Both the position numbers and the translations under genes were made by a program. This document shows positions 1-7,940 of a stretch of DNA of 32,000 bases, one piece after another (positions within the stretch are counted from its first letter, which is position 1; each line of letters begins with the position of its first letter). The notes under the pieces were generated by a model, which had not been told where the DNA came from, did no database searches, and saw nothing but the letters and a program-made list of their open reading frames with translations. The stretch comes from Methanopyrus kandleri AV19 (GTDB lineage Archaea > JAADCQ01 > Methanopyri > Methanopyrales > Methanopyraceae), in contig NC_003551.1 in the NCBI RefSeq assembly GCF_000007185.1, positions 330,001 through 362,000 of the forward strand, given 5' to 3'.

Positions 1-846
1 CTCGGCATCCGGGTCGTAGAACAGGTTCTCCTTACCTTCGGGATCCCACAGCGACTGGTGCACGTGCATTCCGTTGCCGTTCTCGCCGTAGATCGGCTTC
101 GGCATGAACGTCGCGATCAGACCGTGCTTCCTGGCGATGGCCTTCACGATCTGCTTGAACGAGATGACGTTGTCGGCCGTGGTCACGGCGTCCGCGAACT
201 TGAAGTCGATCTCGTGCTGACCCGGACCGACCTCGTGATGGCTCATCTCGACCTCGAGACCGAATTCCTCCATCGCGAAGATGATCTCACGCCGGATGTC
301 CTCGGCGCGGTCCAGCGGGTAGAAGTCAAAGTAGCCACCCTCGTCGTGGGCCTCCACTTCACCCGTCTCCGGGTCCTGCTTGAGCAGGTAGAACTCACAC
401 TCGGGACCGCAGTACATCATGTAGCCCTTCTCGGCGAGCTCGTTCATCACGCGCTTCAGGTTGAGTCTCGGGCAGCCCTCGAACGGCTTGCCCTCCGGCC
501 AGTAAACGTCGCAAATTATCCTCGCGACCTTACCCTCCCTCGGCCTCCACGGCAGCACGGCGAAGGTGTCCGGGTCGGGCATCGCGATCATGTCCGACTC
601 CTCGATGTCGACGAAGCCATCGATGGACGAACCGTCGAAGAGGACACCCTCGACCAGCGCGTCCTCGAGGCGCTCCGCGGGGATCGCGAAGTTCTTAACG
701 AACCCGTGGATGTCGACGAACTGAAGCCTGACGAACTTGACGTCCTTACTCTCAACCTGTTCCATCACTTTCTCGACCTTCTCCTCGTTCTCCTTCTGAC
801 GCTTCTTGAAATCGACCGTGTATACCTCGTCGGCCAAAGGCGACAC
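1..846 (-). CDS. glnA: Glutamine synthetase, N-terminal part; gene continues past window edge
   Basis: Minus-strand translation gives ...VKFVRLQFVDIHGFVKNFAIPAERL...VLFDGSSIDGFVDIEESDMIAMPDPDTFAVLPW...GPECEFYLLK...FMPKPIYGENGNGMHVHQSLWD, classic GlnA motifs. GTG at 846 or ATG at 765 are possible starts. Confidence 0.96.
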   Translation of the reverse strand, partial: MSPLADEVYTVDFKKRQKENEEKVEKVMEQVESKDVKFVRLQFVDIHGFVKNFAIPAERLEDALVEGVLFDGSSIDGFVDIEESDMIAMPDPDTFAVLPWRPREGKVARIICDVYWPEGKPFEGCPRLNLKRVMNELAEKGYMMYCGPECEFYLLKQDPETGEVEAHDEGGYFDFYPLDRAEDIRREIIFAMEEFGLEVEMSHHEVGPGQHEIDFKFADAVTTADNVISFKQIVKAIARKHGLIATFMPKPIYGENGNGMHVHQSLWDPEGKENLFYDPDAE

Positions 847-945
847 CCCCGGAATGGATTTTCCGGCAATCCTGAGCTGGTGGCGGCCCCGCCCAGGGAC
901 TTTATAGACGTTTTGCAACCTCCGAGGCATTCGAGGGGGGTGAAC

Positions 946-2115
946 ATGTTCCCTAGAACCCTGATACCCTTAATCTCCGCCATTCTACTCGCTACGCCCG
1001 CCTGTGCTACCGATGTCGGGGTATTCGCGTGGGGAAGCACGATAAGGTCCGAAGGCGTCCAAAAGTTCACGGACGATATCCTCAGCACGGGCTACACCGA
1101 GGTGGCCGTATTAATCCGGGGGGTCAGCACCCCGACGCGCGTCGACACGCTCTCGGCAGTGTACTCCCAGATCAAAGCGAGGAACCCGAACGTCAAGGTA
1201 TACGCCTGGATCGTGGGGTTCGAACGTAAGGACGGCTGGGACAAGCCATGGGATCCGGAGGTACGTAGGGAAATCCTTGACGCCGTGCGGTCGGCGTTAC
1301 CGTACTGCGACGGGATAATACTGGACGATTCCTTCCGGTACCCGACGAGCAACCCCGTCAAGCGCGAGAAAGCCATGCAGGCCATCACCGACCTCGTACG
1401 TGAGATCTCAGAACTCGCGCACTCCCACGGTAAGGCGGTGTACTTCTGCCTACTACCGGAGAAGCCGGAGCCGTACTCCATCGACCGAGACGCGATCGCG
1501 ACCTACGTGGACAAGTTCATCGTCGAGGCTTACACCGAGGAGTACGGAAGGGACGACGAGTGGCCCGTCAGGGTGTACAACCTGTACGAACGGCTCTATC
1601 CGGGTAAGGTGGCGATAGCGCTCCACGAGCTGAACGAGAGTCGTCTGGCGCATCAGCTAACGCTGCTGAAGGAGGCCGGCTGTCCGGACATATGGCTCTT
1701 CAGGTACGGAGAGGTCAAGAAGATGGGGCTCGTACGTGACGTCATAAGGTCCATCACGGGGTCCGCGAGCGGTACGTCCTTACAGTGGAGTCCGGTGGAA
1801 GGCGGACAGTTCGACCTAGCGGGCCTGCTGCTGACTGGACTGGTGCTCGGGACGTTCGGAGGACTAGTACTGGCCATCGTCAATCCGGAGCTGTTGAACT
1901 CGCTGGGACAAGCGGCGATCGGAATCGCAGAGACCGCCCAAGAATTGCTCCAGGGGGCGTTCGAAGCCGTCTCGGGAGCACTTTCGGGGATACAGGAAAA
2001 AGTATTAGGAGCGTCGGCGGAGGGGGACCTGGGTCCCATCATCGGAATACTCGCGCGAGTGGCGCTGGTGTTCGTATGGGGATGGTTACTGGCGACACTG
2101 CTCAGCATCATCTGA
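946..2115 (+). CDS. Predicted exported, membrane-anchored TIM-barrel glycosidase-like protein
   Basis: Signal peptide MFPRTLIPLISAILLATPACA; segments such as VYAWIVGFERKDGWD, CDGIILDDSFRYPTSN, GKAVYFCLLPEKPEPYS resemble TIM-barrel glycosidase-like proteins; two C-terminal hydrophobic segments. The upstream part of ORF 58..2115 is antisense to glnA. Confidence 0.65.
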   Translation: MFPRTLIPLISAILLATPACATDVGVFAWGSTIRSEGVQKFTDDILSTGYTEVAVLIRGVSTPTRVDTLSAVYSQIKARNPNVKVYAWIVGFERKDGWDKPWDPEVRREILDAVRSALPYCDGIILDDSFRYPTSNPVKREKAMQAITDLVREISELAHSHGKAVYFCLLPEKPEPYSIDRDAIATYVDKFIVEAYTEEYGRDDEWPVRVYNLYERLYPGKVAIALHELNESRLAHQLTLLKEAGCPDIWLFRYGEVKKMGLVRDVIRSITGSASGTSLQWSPVEGGQFDLAGLLLTGLVLGTFGGLVLAIVNPELLNSLGQAAIGIAETAQELLQGAFEAVSGALSGIQEKVLGASAEGDLGPIIGILARVALVFVWGWLLATLLSII

Positions 2116-2122
2116 AACGTGC

Positions 2123-3190
2123 TTAACAGACGATATGCGTGCGCCAAACCGCGAGACATGAGCACTTGAGACCCTCAAGCCTGCCGATATCCTGCGTACG
2201 AGTGAACTCCCGGAGGGCCCGGGCGACACGCCGGGAACATCTCGGACAGTTGGACGGACCTCGAGGAGTTCCGGCCCCGCTCGTATCCACCAGCAGATCG
2301 ACCCTATCACCTAAGGTCCCTTTCACCTTCCTAGCGACCTCCACGCAGGTCCACAACCAGGGCGGTCTGTAAAGCCCGACACGCCAAGCTTTCTCCAGCA
2401 CGGTCTCCCTATGGACCGTGGTGGGGCATATCGAAATCCTAGTGCAGCCGGCTAGGTGGGCATCGACGCAGGACATATACGCGTCCCTGATGGCCTCCGC
2501 CTCGGAGAGGAAGGGGAGCTTCAGCATCACGTACGCCTTGGGGATCCCTCCGTACTCCCTTACCTTCTTCACGGCCTTGGCGAATTCACGGAAGGAAAAG
2601 CCCTTGTTCATGGACGCGCGCAGCTCGTCGTCACTGGTTTCCAACCCGATTCCCACCTCGAAGGACTTCCCGTCCAAGACCTCCGTGATCAACTCCAACC
2701 GCTCGTCCGTGATGAACTCGGGGCGAGATTCGAAAGATACCTCCGTCACCAGCTCGTTCTCGGCGAGCCGACCTAGTATCTCCCGAACGGCTTCGTCGGG
2801 CACTTCCTCAGGGTCTAAGAAGCTACCCGACGTGAACAGTTTGACTCCATGCGGTGAGTCCGGCCGGTGTCGGGAATAAGCTCGCTCGAACTGGCGTATC
2901 AGGAGCTCCGGCGGCACCCTCGTACCCGCGCCCTCGAGCGGGTAGGAGCAGAACACGCATCCTCCGGTCTCGTGGAACCATCGGCAGCCCCGAGTGGACA
3001 GCACGATCACTACACTACGATCCGCTCCCGTGACTCGGTCGGGTTGCTTCCACGCCGCCACGTACCGGTCGGGCCGTCCTCGGAACCGCACGGTAAACAC
3101 CCGGACCGAGTCAGTGCCGGGCTCAATCTTCATCCACAGGATCCGCGACGCAGGCCTTTCATCACGCCCCCGGTAGCCCGAACGATCCAT
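2123..3190 (-). CDS. Radical SAM protein, archaeosine biosynthesis (RaSEA)-like
   Basis: 355 aa with STRGCRWFHETGGCVFCSYPLEG cluster region, FTSGSFLDPEEVP, VGIGLETSDDELR, typical of the Elp3-like radical SAM family with conserved C-terminal Cys residues. Confidence 0.75.
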   Translation of the reverse strand: MDRSGYRGRDERPASRILWMKIEPGTDSVRVFTVRFRGRPDRYVAAWKQPDRVTGADRSVVIVLSTRGCRWFHETGGCVFCSYPLEGAGTRVPPELLIRQFERAYSRHRPDSPHGVKLFTSGSFLDPEEVPDEAVREILGRLAENELVTEVSFESRPEFITDERLELITEVLDGKSFEVGIGLETSDDELRASMNKGFSFREFAKAVKKVREYGGIPKAYVMLKLPFLSEAEAIRDAYMSCVDAHLAGCTRISICPTTVHRETVLEKAWRVGLYRPPWLWTCVEVARKVKGTLGDRVDLLVDTSGAGTPRGPSNCPRCSRRVARALREFTRTQDIGRLEGLKCSCLAVWRTHIVC

Positions 3191-3199
3191 CCTAGTTGA

Positions 3200-3739
3200 A
3201 TGTTGTGCGCCGGGAACGGGGGTAAGGAATTGCCACGTGCTAAGGTCTTCGAAGGAGGTAGCTTAGTCTCCAAGGATTACGAGGACCTGAAGCGTCGGTA
3301 CTTCGGAACGGAGCACGGTAACGTGCTTTTCCTGGATCCTTTCGAAACTGTGTACCTGACGGAGAAGGGTGAGATCGACCCGGAGACGCCGGAAGGCGAA
3401 CCCATGAGTGTGGAAGAACTGCTTTCTTTCTTCGAGCGAAGAAGGCCGGGGTTTCGGGCAGGATACGTCGTTTATCGGGATCTCACCGAGCGGGGATACG
3501 TGGTGAAGTCCGGGTTTAAGTACGGAGGTAGGTTCCGGGTGTACGAGGAGGACCCGGACCGGGAACACTCTAAATACGTGGTGAGAGTGGTCGAGCCGGA
3601 CACGGAACTGTCTACCCGTGACGTACTGCGGGCCACACGTTTGGCACATTCCGTCCGGAAAGACTTCGTCCTAGCCGTCGTTGAGGACGTCGAAGAACCA
3701 CGCATCGAGTACGTGATGTGGCGGTGGAAGAGGCTGTAA
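3200..3739 (+). CDS. endA: tRNA-splicing endonuclease
   Basis: C-terminal GFKYGGRFRVYEEDPDREHSKYVVRVV with Tyr/His/Lys catalytic arrangement; RATRLAHSVRKDFVLAVV motif. Start codon uncertain (ATG 3200 or slightly downstream). Confidence 0.93.
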   Translation: MLCAGNGGKELPRAKVFEGGSLVSKDYEDLKRRYFGTEHGNVLFLDPFETVYLTEKGEIDPETPEGEPMSVEELLSFFERRRPGFRAGYVVYRDLTERGYVVKSGFKYGGRFRVYEEDPDREHSKYVVRVVEPDTELSTRDVLRATRLAHSVRKDFVLAVVEDVEEPRIEYVMWRWKRL

Positions 3740-3752
3740 GGGGGACACTCCC

Positions 3753-3998
3753 ATGGCCGAGCAGAAGCCGTACTACGGAGCCTGGCCGTGTCACCCACGA
3801 GATCTAGTCGAGGAGGGAGTGACCACCAGCGCCCGGCGGGCGAGAATAGTCCTCAGGAAGTACGTCCTGGGACAGAGTGAGGAGGAAATAGCCGAGGAAG
3901 AGGACATCTCACTGAAGTCCGTGAAGTACCACCTAGAGAAGGCCGAGGAGGAAGGCCTCATCGATTACGTGAAGGAGAAGTTCGTGGAGAGCGAGTGA
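3753..3998 (+). CDS. Small helix-turn-helix protein, sigma-r4/LuxR-like HTH
   Basis: 81 aa; GQSEEEIAEEEDISLKSVKYHLEKAEEEGLIDYV fits a DNA-binding HTH; 13 nt downstream of endA. Confidence 0.6.
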   Translation: MAEQKPYYGAWPCHPRDLVEEGVTTSARRARIVLRKYVLGQSEEEIAEEEDISLKSVKYHLEKAEEEGLIDYVKEKFVESE

Positions 3999-4008
3999 GC
4001 GGGTGTGA

Positions 4009-5151
4009 ACTCCTATACCCGAAACCCTGATCGATCCCTGGGACGTAGAAGAAGTCGATTACGAACGCCTTACCGAGGAGTTCGGCATTCGACCGATCGA
4101 CGAGAAAGTCCGAGAGTTACTACCACGGCGTTTCCCACTGCTAGACCGTGGCATAGTCTTCGGGCACCGCGATTACGACTCCTTCCTCAAAGATTACAAC
4201 GACGGCAAACTCGTCAGCGTCCTCAGCGGAATGATGCCCAGCGGCCGAATGCACCTCGGCCACAAGACGGTCGTCGATCAACTAGTGTTTTACCAGCAGG
4301 AGATGGACGTCAAGGTGTACGTTCCCATCGCCGACCTGGAGGCACACCATGCCCGGAACATGGACCTAGATCGGGCACACAGGATCGCCGTCGAAGAGTA
4401 CGTCCTCAACTACGCCGCGTTGGGTCTCGACCTGGACCCGGATCGATGTGAGATCTACCTCCAATCCGAGAGGAAGACGGTCCAGCGGATGGCACTGTTG
4501 CTAGCGGGCCGACTCACGTGGAACACCGTGAAAAACACGTACGGGTTCACCGGCGAGACCAACATGGGCCACGCTTTCGCGCCGATCGTCCAAGCCGCCG
4601 ATATACTACACCCACAGGAGATCGAGGGACCACACCGGGTTCTCGTACCCGTAGGCGTCGATCAGGACCCTCACCTCCGGTTGACTCGGGATATAGCGGA
4701 AAAGGAGGATCTGATCAAGCCGGCCAGCACGTACCACAGGTTCATGACCGGACTGACGGGAGGCAAAATGTCCAGTAGTAAACCCAACACCGCGATATTC
4801 CTCACCGACGATCCCGAGACGGCGAAAGAAAAGGTGTGGAACGCGAAGACCGGTGGAGGAGCGACGCTCGAGGAACATCGCGAGCACGGTGGCAACCCCG
4901 ACGAGTGCGTGGTGTACGAACTCATGGTGTACCATCTGGCCGACCGTATCGGAGGGGACGAAAAGCTACGGGAGATCCGGAAGAAGTGTCGGGAAGGGGA
5001 CATCATCTGCGGTGAGTGCAAACGGATGGTAGGAGAGGCGCTAGCGGAGATACTGGAAGAACTGGAGCGTCGCCGTGAAGACGTTCGAGACGAGCTCCCG
5101 GACCTACTATCACAGCACCCGGACGCGCCCGAAGTACCGGAGGACTGGTAG
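4009..5151 (+). CDS. trpS: Tryptophanyl-tRNA synthetase; start codon not canonical in this sequence
   Basis: From the first ATG (4231) MMPSGRMHLGHKTVVDQ (HIGH motif) and GGKMSSSKPNTAIFL (KMSKS motif). The same frame upstream encodes TPIPETLIDPWDVEEVDYERLTEEFGIRPIDEKVRELLPRRFPLLDRGIVFGHRDYDSFL, the expected archaeal TrpRS N-terminus. Confidence 0.93.
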   Translation, partial: TPIPETLIDPWDVEEVDYERLTEEFGIRPIDEKVRELLPRRFPLLDRGIVFGHRDYDSFLKDYNDGKLVSVLSGMMPSGRMHLGHKTVVDQLVFYQQEMDVKVYVPIADLEAHHARNMDLDRAHRIAVEEYVLNYAALGLDLDPDRCEIYLQSERKTVQRMALLLAGRLTWNTVKNTYGFTGETNMGHAFAPIVQAADILHPQEIEGPHRVLVPVGVDQDPHLRLTRDIAEKEDLIKPASTYHRFMTGLTGGKMSSSKPNTAIFLTDDPETAKEKVWNAKTGGGATLEEHREHGGNPDECVVYELMVYHLADRIGGDEKLREIRKKCREGDIICGECKRMVGEALAEILEELERRREDVRDELPDLLSQHPDAPEVPEDW

Positions 5152-5152
5152 G

Positions 5153-6226
5153 ATGATTCCACCGTTCCAAGCTTTAGTAACGTGTCCCGCCGGGTTCGAA
5201 TTCCGTTGTGTCGAAGAGCTCGAGGATATACTCAAAGAGCAGGACCCGTACGCGGAGGCGGAACCTACGTACTTCAAAGGCGTCGTAGTGGTGCGATCGG
5301 ATCTAGAACCGGAAGAGATCGTCGAAATGATGAAAGATGCGGACACGGATTGGGTAGCTAAGATCGTCCCCATCCACCGAACCGTACGCGCCGACCTGGA
5401 CGTGATGAAACGCACGGCCACGATCCTAGCGCGACGGAAGCTGGACGAAAACACGTCGTTCGCAGTACGATGCCGAAAGCGGGGCCAACCACCGTTCGGA
5501 CAGCGAGAGGTCGAGGTGGAGGTAGGTGCGGCGGTACAGGAGGCGACCGGCGCCCCCGTGGACTTGGAGAATCCCGACTACTACGTCTGGATCGAGGTAC
5601 TACAGGATACCGCCGGGATCTCAGTGGTCCCTCCGGATCTCATCGTCAGCAAAGAAGTCAAGCGAGTACGCAAATGGAGTCCCGGGATGAGACCTATCTC
5701 CAGAGCTCAGCTCAAACTCAGGGAGCTACTGAAGCGCCATCCGTACATCGTACGGGAAGGTTCCGACGTGATCGACCTCGGGGCCGCACCGGGTGGTTGG
5801 AGCTACGAACTGGCGAGAAGAGTAGAGCCAGGGACAGTATACGCCGTAGATCCGGGGGACTTACACCCGAAGGTTCTCAAGCTCGACAACGTCGTACACC
5901 TCAAGAAAAGGGCCGAAGAGCTAACCGAGGACGACATCGAGGGTCGTATCAGGTTGGTCACGAGCGATCTCAACAGGATCCACACCGAAGCCACGGAGGT
6001 CACTCTCAGCGTCGCGGACGAATTCCTCGAGCCTGGGGGATTCATAGTACAGACGGTGAAGCTGGCCGTTGACCCGTCTACCGGGGAATACGCCGCGCCG
6101 GACGTGGAGACGGCGGTCTCAGAAGTCGAACTCGAATATGAGCGCCGCGGGTACGAGATACTGGCTATCGAGCGCTTGAAACGGAATACACCCAACGAGC
6201 GGACTCTAGTAGCTCGGAAGGTGTGA
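5153..6226 (+). CDS. THUMP domain plus FtsJ/RrmJ-like RNA 2'-O-methyltransferase
   Basis: N-terminal FQALVTCPAGFEFRCVEELEDIL (THUMP-type), then PISRAQLKLRELL, DVIDLGAAPGGWSYELARRV and PGGFIVQTVKL (FtsJ SAM-MTase). Confidence 0.85.
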   Translation: MIPPFQALVTCPAGFEFRCVEELEDILKEQDPYAEAEPTYFKGVVVVRSDLEPEEIVEMMKDADTDWVAKIVPIHRTVRADLDVMKRTATILARRKLDENTSFAVRCRKRGQPPFGQREVEVEVGAAVQEATGAPVDLENPDYYVWIEVLQDTAGISVVPPDLIVSKEVKRVRKWSPGMRPISRAQLKLRELLKRHPYIVREGSDVIDLGAAPGGWSYELARRVEPGTVYAVDPGDLHPKVLKLDNVVHLKKRAEELTEDDIEGRIRLVTSDLNRIHTEATEVTLSVADEFLEPGGFIVQTVKLAVDPSTGEYAAPDVETAVSEVELEYERRGYEILAIERLKRNTPNERTLVARKV

Positions 6227-6445
6227 TCAGCGTTCCGGCCGCTGTTTCGAAGGATCTCACGGCGTGACAGCTCCGTAGCGACAGCCTCGAGAAGTTGGGC
6301 CCGCGAGGCCTGACTCCCGCTCGACCCGAGCGTCATCGTCCTGTACTCTCCTATCTGCCCTTAATTCCTAGTTATCCGGTCGGCGTCGTGAGTCGGGGAC
6401 TGATCGGATTCGACTCCGCTTGAAGTCGCCGGTGACACGGGGGTC

Positions 6446-6976
6446 ATGCGCCTGCTGAAAGCCGGTGACAGGATCCAAGGGCCTGGATGGGAGGGAAAGG
6501 TCACGGCAGTGTTGGACGTGGACGGATGTCGGGTAGTGATCACGAGCTCGAACCCCGAGAACGTGCCGAAGCGCGTCCGAGGTGGCGGAACCGTCTGTGA
6601 GCTCGCGTTCCATGACCCCGTCGGTGGGTTCGCGGCATACTGGGTGGAACCGGATCACTCGGAGGCAACCGATGTAGGATCACCGGAAGAGGGAACGTGT
6701 GCCGTTCATATCGGGAACAGGTGGATACTAGCCGAGGTGTTGGAGGTAGGTCGACGAGAATTGAGCATCAGAATCCCGAACGTGGCGATCCCCGGACCTG
6801 GCGACGCAGGCGCCCCGGTAGCGCAAAACGAGCGGGTAGTGGGCATGCTCTACATGTACTTCCTGGAGGACGATTGCGTGGGTCGCGCTGTCCGGATGGA
6901 CGTGATCGAAGAGCGAACCGAGCGAGCTCTGAAGCGCCTGAGGGGGCGTCAACGTGCCCGTAGTATTCGACCTTGA
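6446..6976 (+). CDS. Hypothetical protein, possible degenerate chymotrypsin-like fold
   Basis: 176 aa ORF with ATG start, ending in overlap with the next gene; PGPGDAGAPVAQNERVVGMLYM resembles the GDSGxPV...VVG segment of S1-type proteases. Confidence 0.55.
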   Translation: MRLLKAGDRIQGPGWEGKVTAVLDVDGCRVVITSSNPENVPKRVRGGGTVCELAFHDPVGGFAAYWVEPDHSEATDVGSPEEGTCAVHIGNRWILAEVLEVGRRELSIRIPNVAIPGPGDAGAPVAQNERVVGMLYMYFLEDDCVGRAVRMDVIEERTERALKRLRGRQRARSIRP

Positions 6977-7934
6977 AGGCCCGCTGTCCCCGATGGACCA
7001 CGCTTACGAGGTCATGGCGCGCTGCGTTCCCAACGGTCGGGAGATCTTCGAGGTCATCAGTTTCTACGACGATGTGGTGTACTTCGAGGAGCAGCGGGAG
7101 GGATACGAGCCGGGGACCACGTTGGCACTCATCGTCCCGTTCCTAGTGGTTCACGGCGTCACTGAAGACGACCTTCGAAGGGTTTCGGAAGATGCTACAC
7201 TCACCCCCGGTGCTCGGGAGACGATGAGGGAACTCGATGCGACCCCGTTCGTAGCTTCCACGAGTTACGAGCAGCATGCCATGCGTATCGCCGGCCTCGT
7301 CGGCATCCCACGCGGACACGTGTACTGCACGGAGATGCCGCTAGATGACGCTCCGGAACCCTCAGAAGAGGAGCGGCGGCTCGTGCTCGAAATGGAGCGG
7401 GAAATACTGAGGAAGTTCTACCCGCCGAGCGATGCCGACAAAGAGGAGCTCGTCGAGAGTGTCGACGACTTCTTCGGGAGGCTCTCCGAGACCGAGCTCG
7501 GGGAGTTCTGCTCTAAAATAGAGGTAGTAGGCGGATCTCGGAAGGCGAGGGTCGTAGAAGAGGTCGTGGACTTAGAGGATGCCGATGTTTCCGAGATCGC
7601 GTGCGTGGGTGACAGCATAACGGACGTGGACATGTTGAAGTTCGTGAGGAAACGGGGCGGACTGGCGGTAGCTTTCAACGGGAACGAGTACTGCATACCC
7701 GAAGCGGACGTTGCCGTCGCGGCACCGTCGCTGTCCGCCGTATTGCCCATCCTCGAGACGTTCTTCGAGGAAGGGAAGGACGAAGCCATGGAACTTGCGG
7801 AGGAGTTCGAACCGGAAGGGGAAGCGCGAGTACTGAACGTGAACCGGGCACGACAGCGCGAGCTTGAAGAGTTCATTAGGTACTCCGAGGCGATGAGAGA
7901 ACGCGTACGCGGCGAAGCCGGCAAGCTCGGGTGA
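6954..7934 (+). CDS. HAD-superfamily protein similar to energy-converting hydrogenase A subunit R (EhaR)
   Basis: 326 aa; VVFDLEGPLSP, FVASTSYEQHA, ...EIACVGDSITDVDMLKFVRKRGGLAVAFNGNEYCIPEADVAV motifs of HAD phosphatases with methanogen EhaR-like architecture. Confidence 0.7.
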   Translation: MPVVFDLEGPLSPMDHAYEVMARCVPNGREIFEVISFYDDVVYFEEQREGYEPGTTLALIVPFLVVHGVTEDDLRRVSEDATLTPGARETMRELDATPFVASTSYEQHAMRIAGLVGIPRGHVYCTEMPLDDAPEPSEEERRLVLEMEREILRKFYPPSDADKEELVESVDDFFGRLSETELGEFCSKIEVVGGSRKARVVEEVVDLEDADVSEIACVGDSITDVDMLKFVRKRGGLAVAFNGNEYCIPEADVAVAAPSLSAVLPILETFFEEGKDEAMELAEEFEPEGEARVLNVNRARQRELEEFIRYSEAMRERVRGEAGKLG

Positions 7935-7940
7935 TTCCTT

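Noticed and set aside
58-945. N-terminal 296 codons of the 685-aa + strand ORF 58..2115
   Set aside because: This portion is exactly antisense to glnA and has Arg/His/Leu-rich mirror composition; the real gene starts at the signal peptide ATG 946.
4003-4008. GTG TGA at the trpS start read as start codon plus selenocysteine
   Set aside because: Methanopyrus-type organisms have selenoproteins, but Sec as residue 2 of TrpRS has no precedent I know and no SECIS element was identified; sequence error or non-canonical initiation is more likely.
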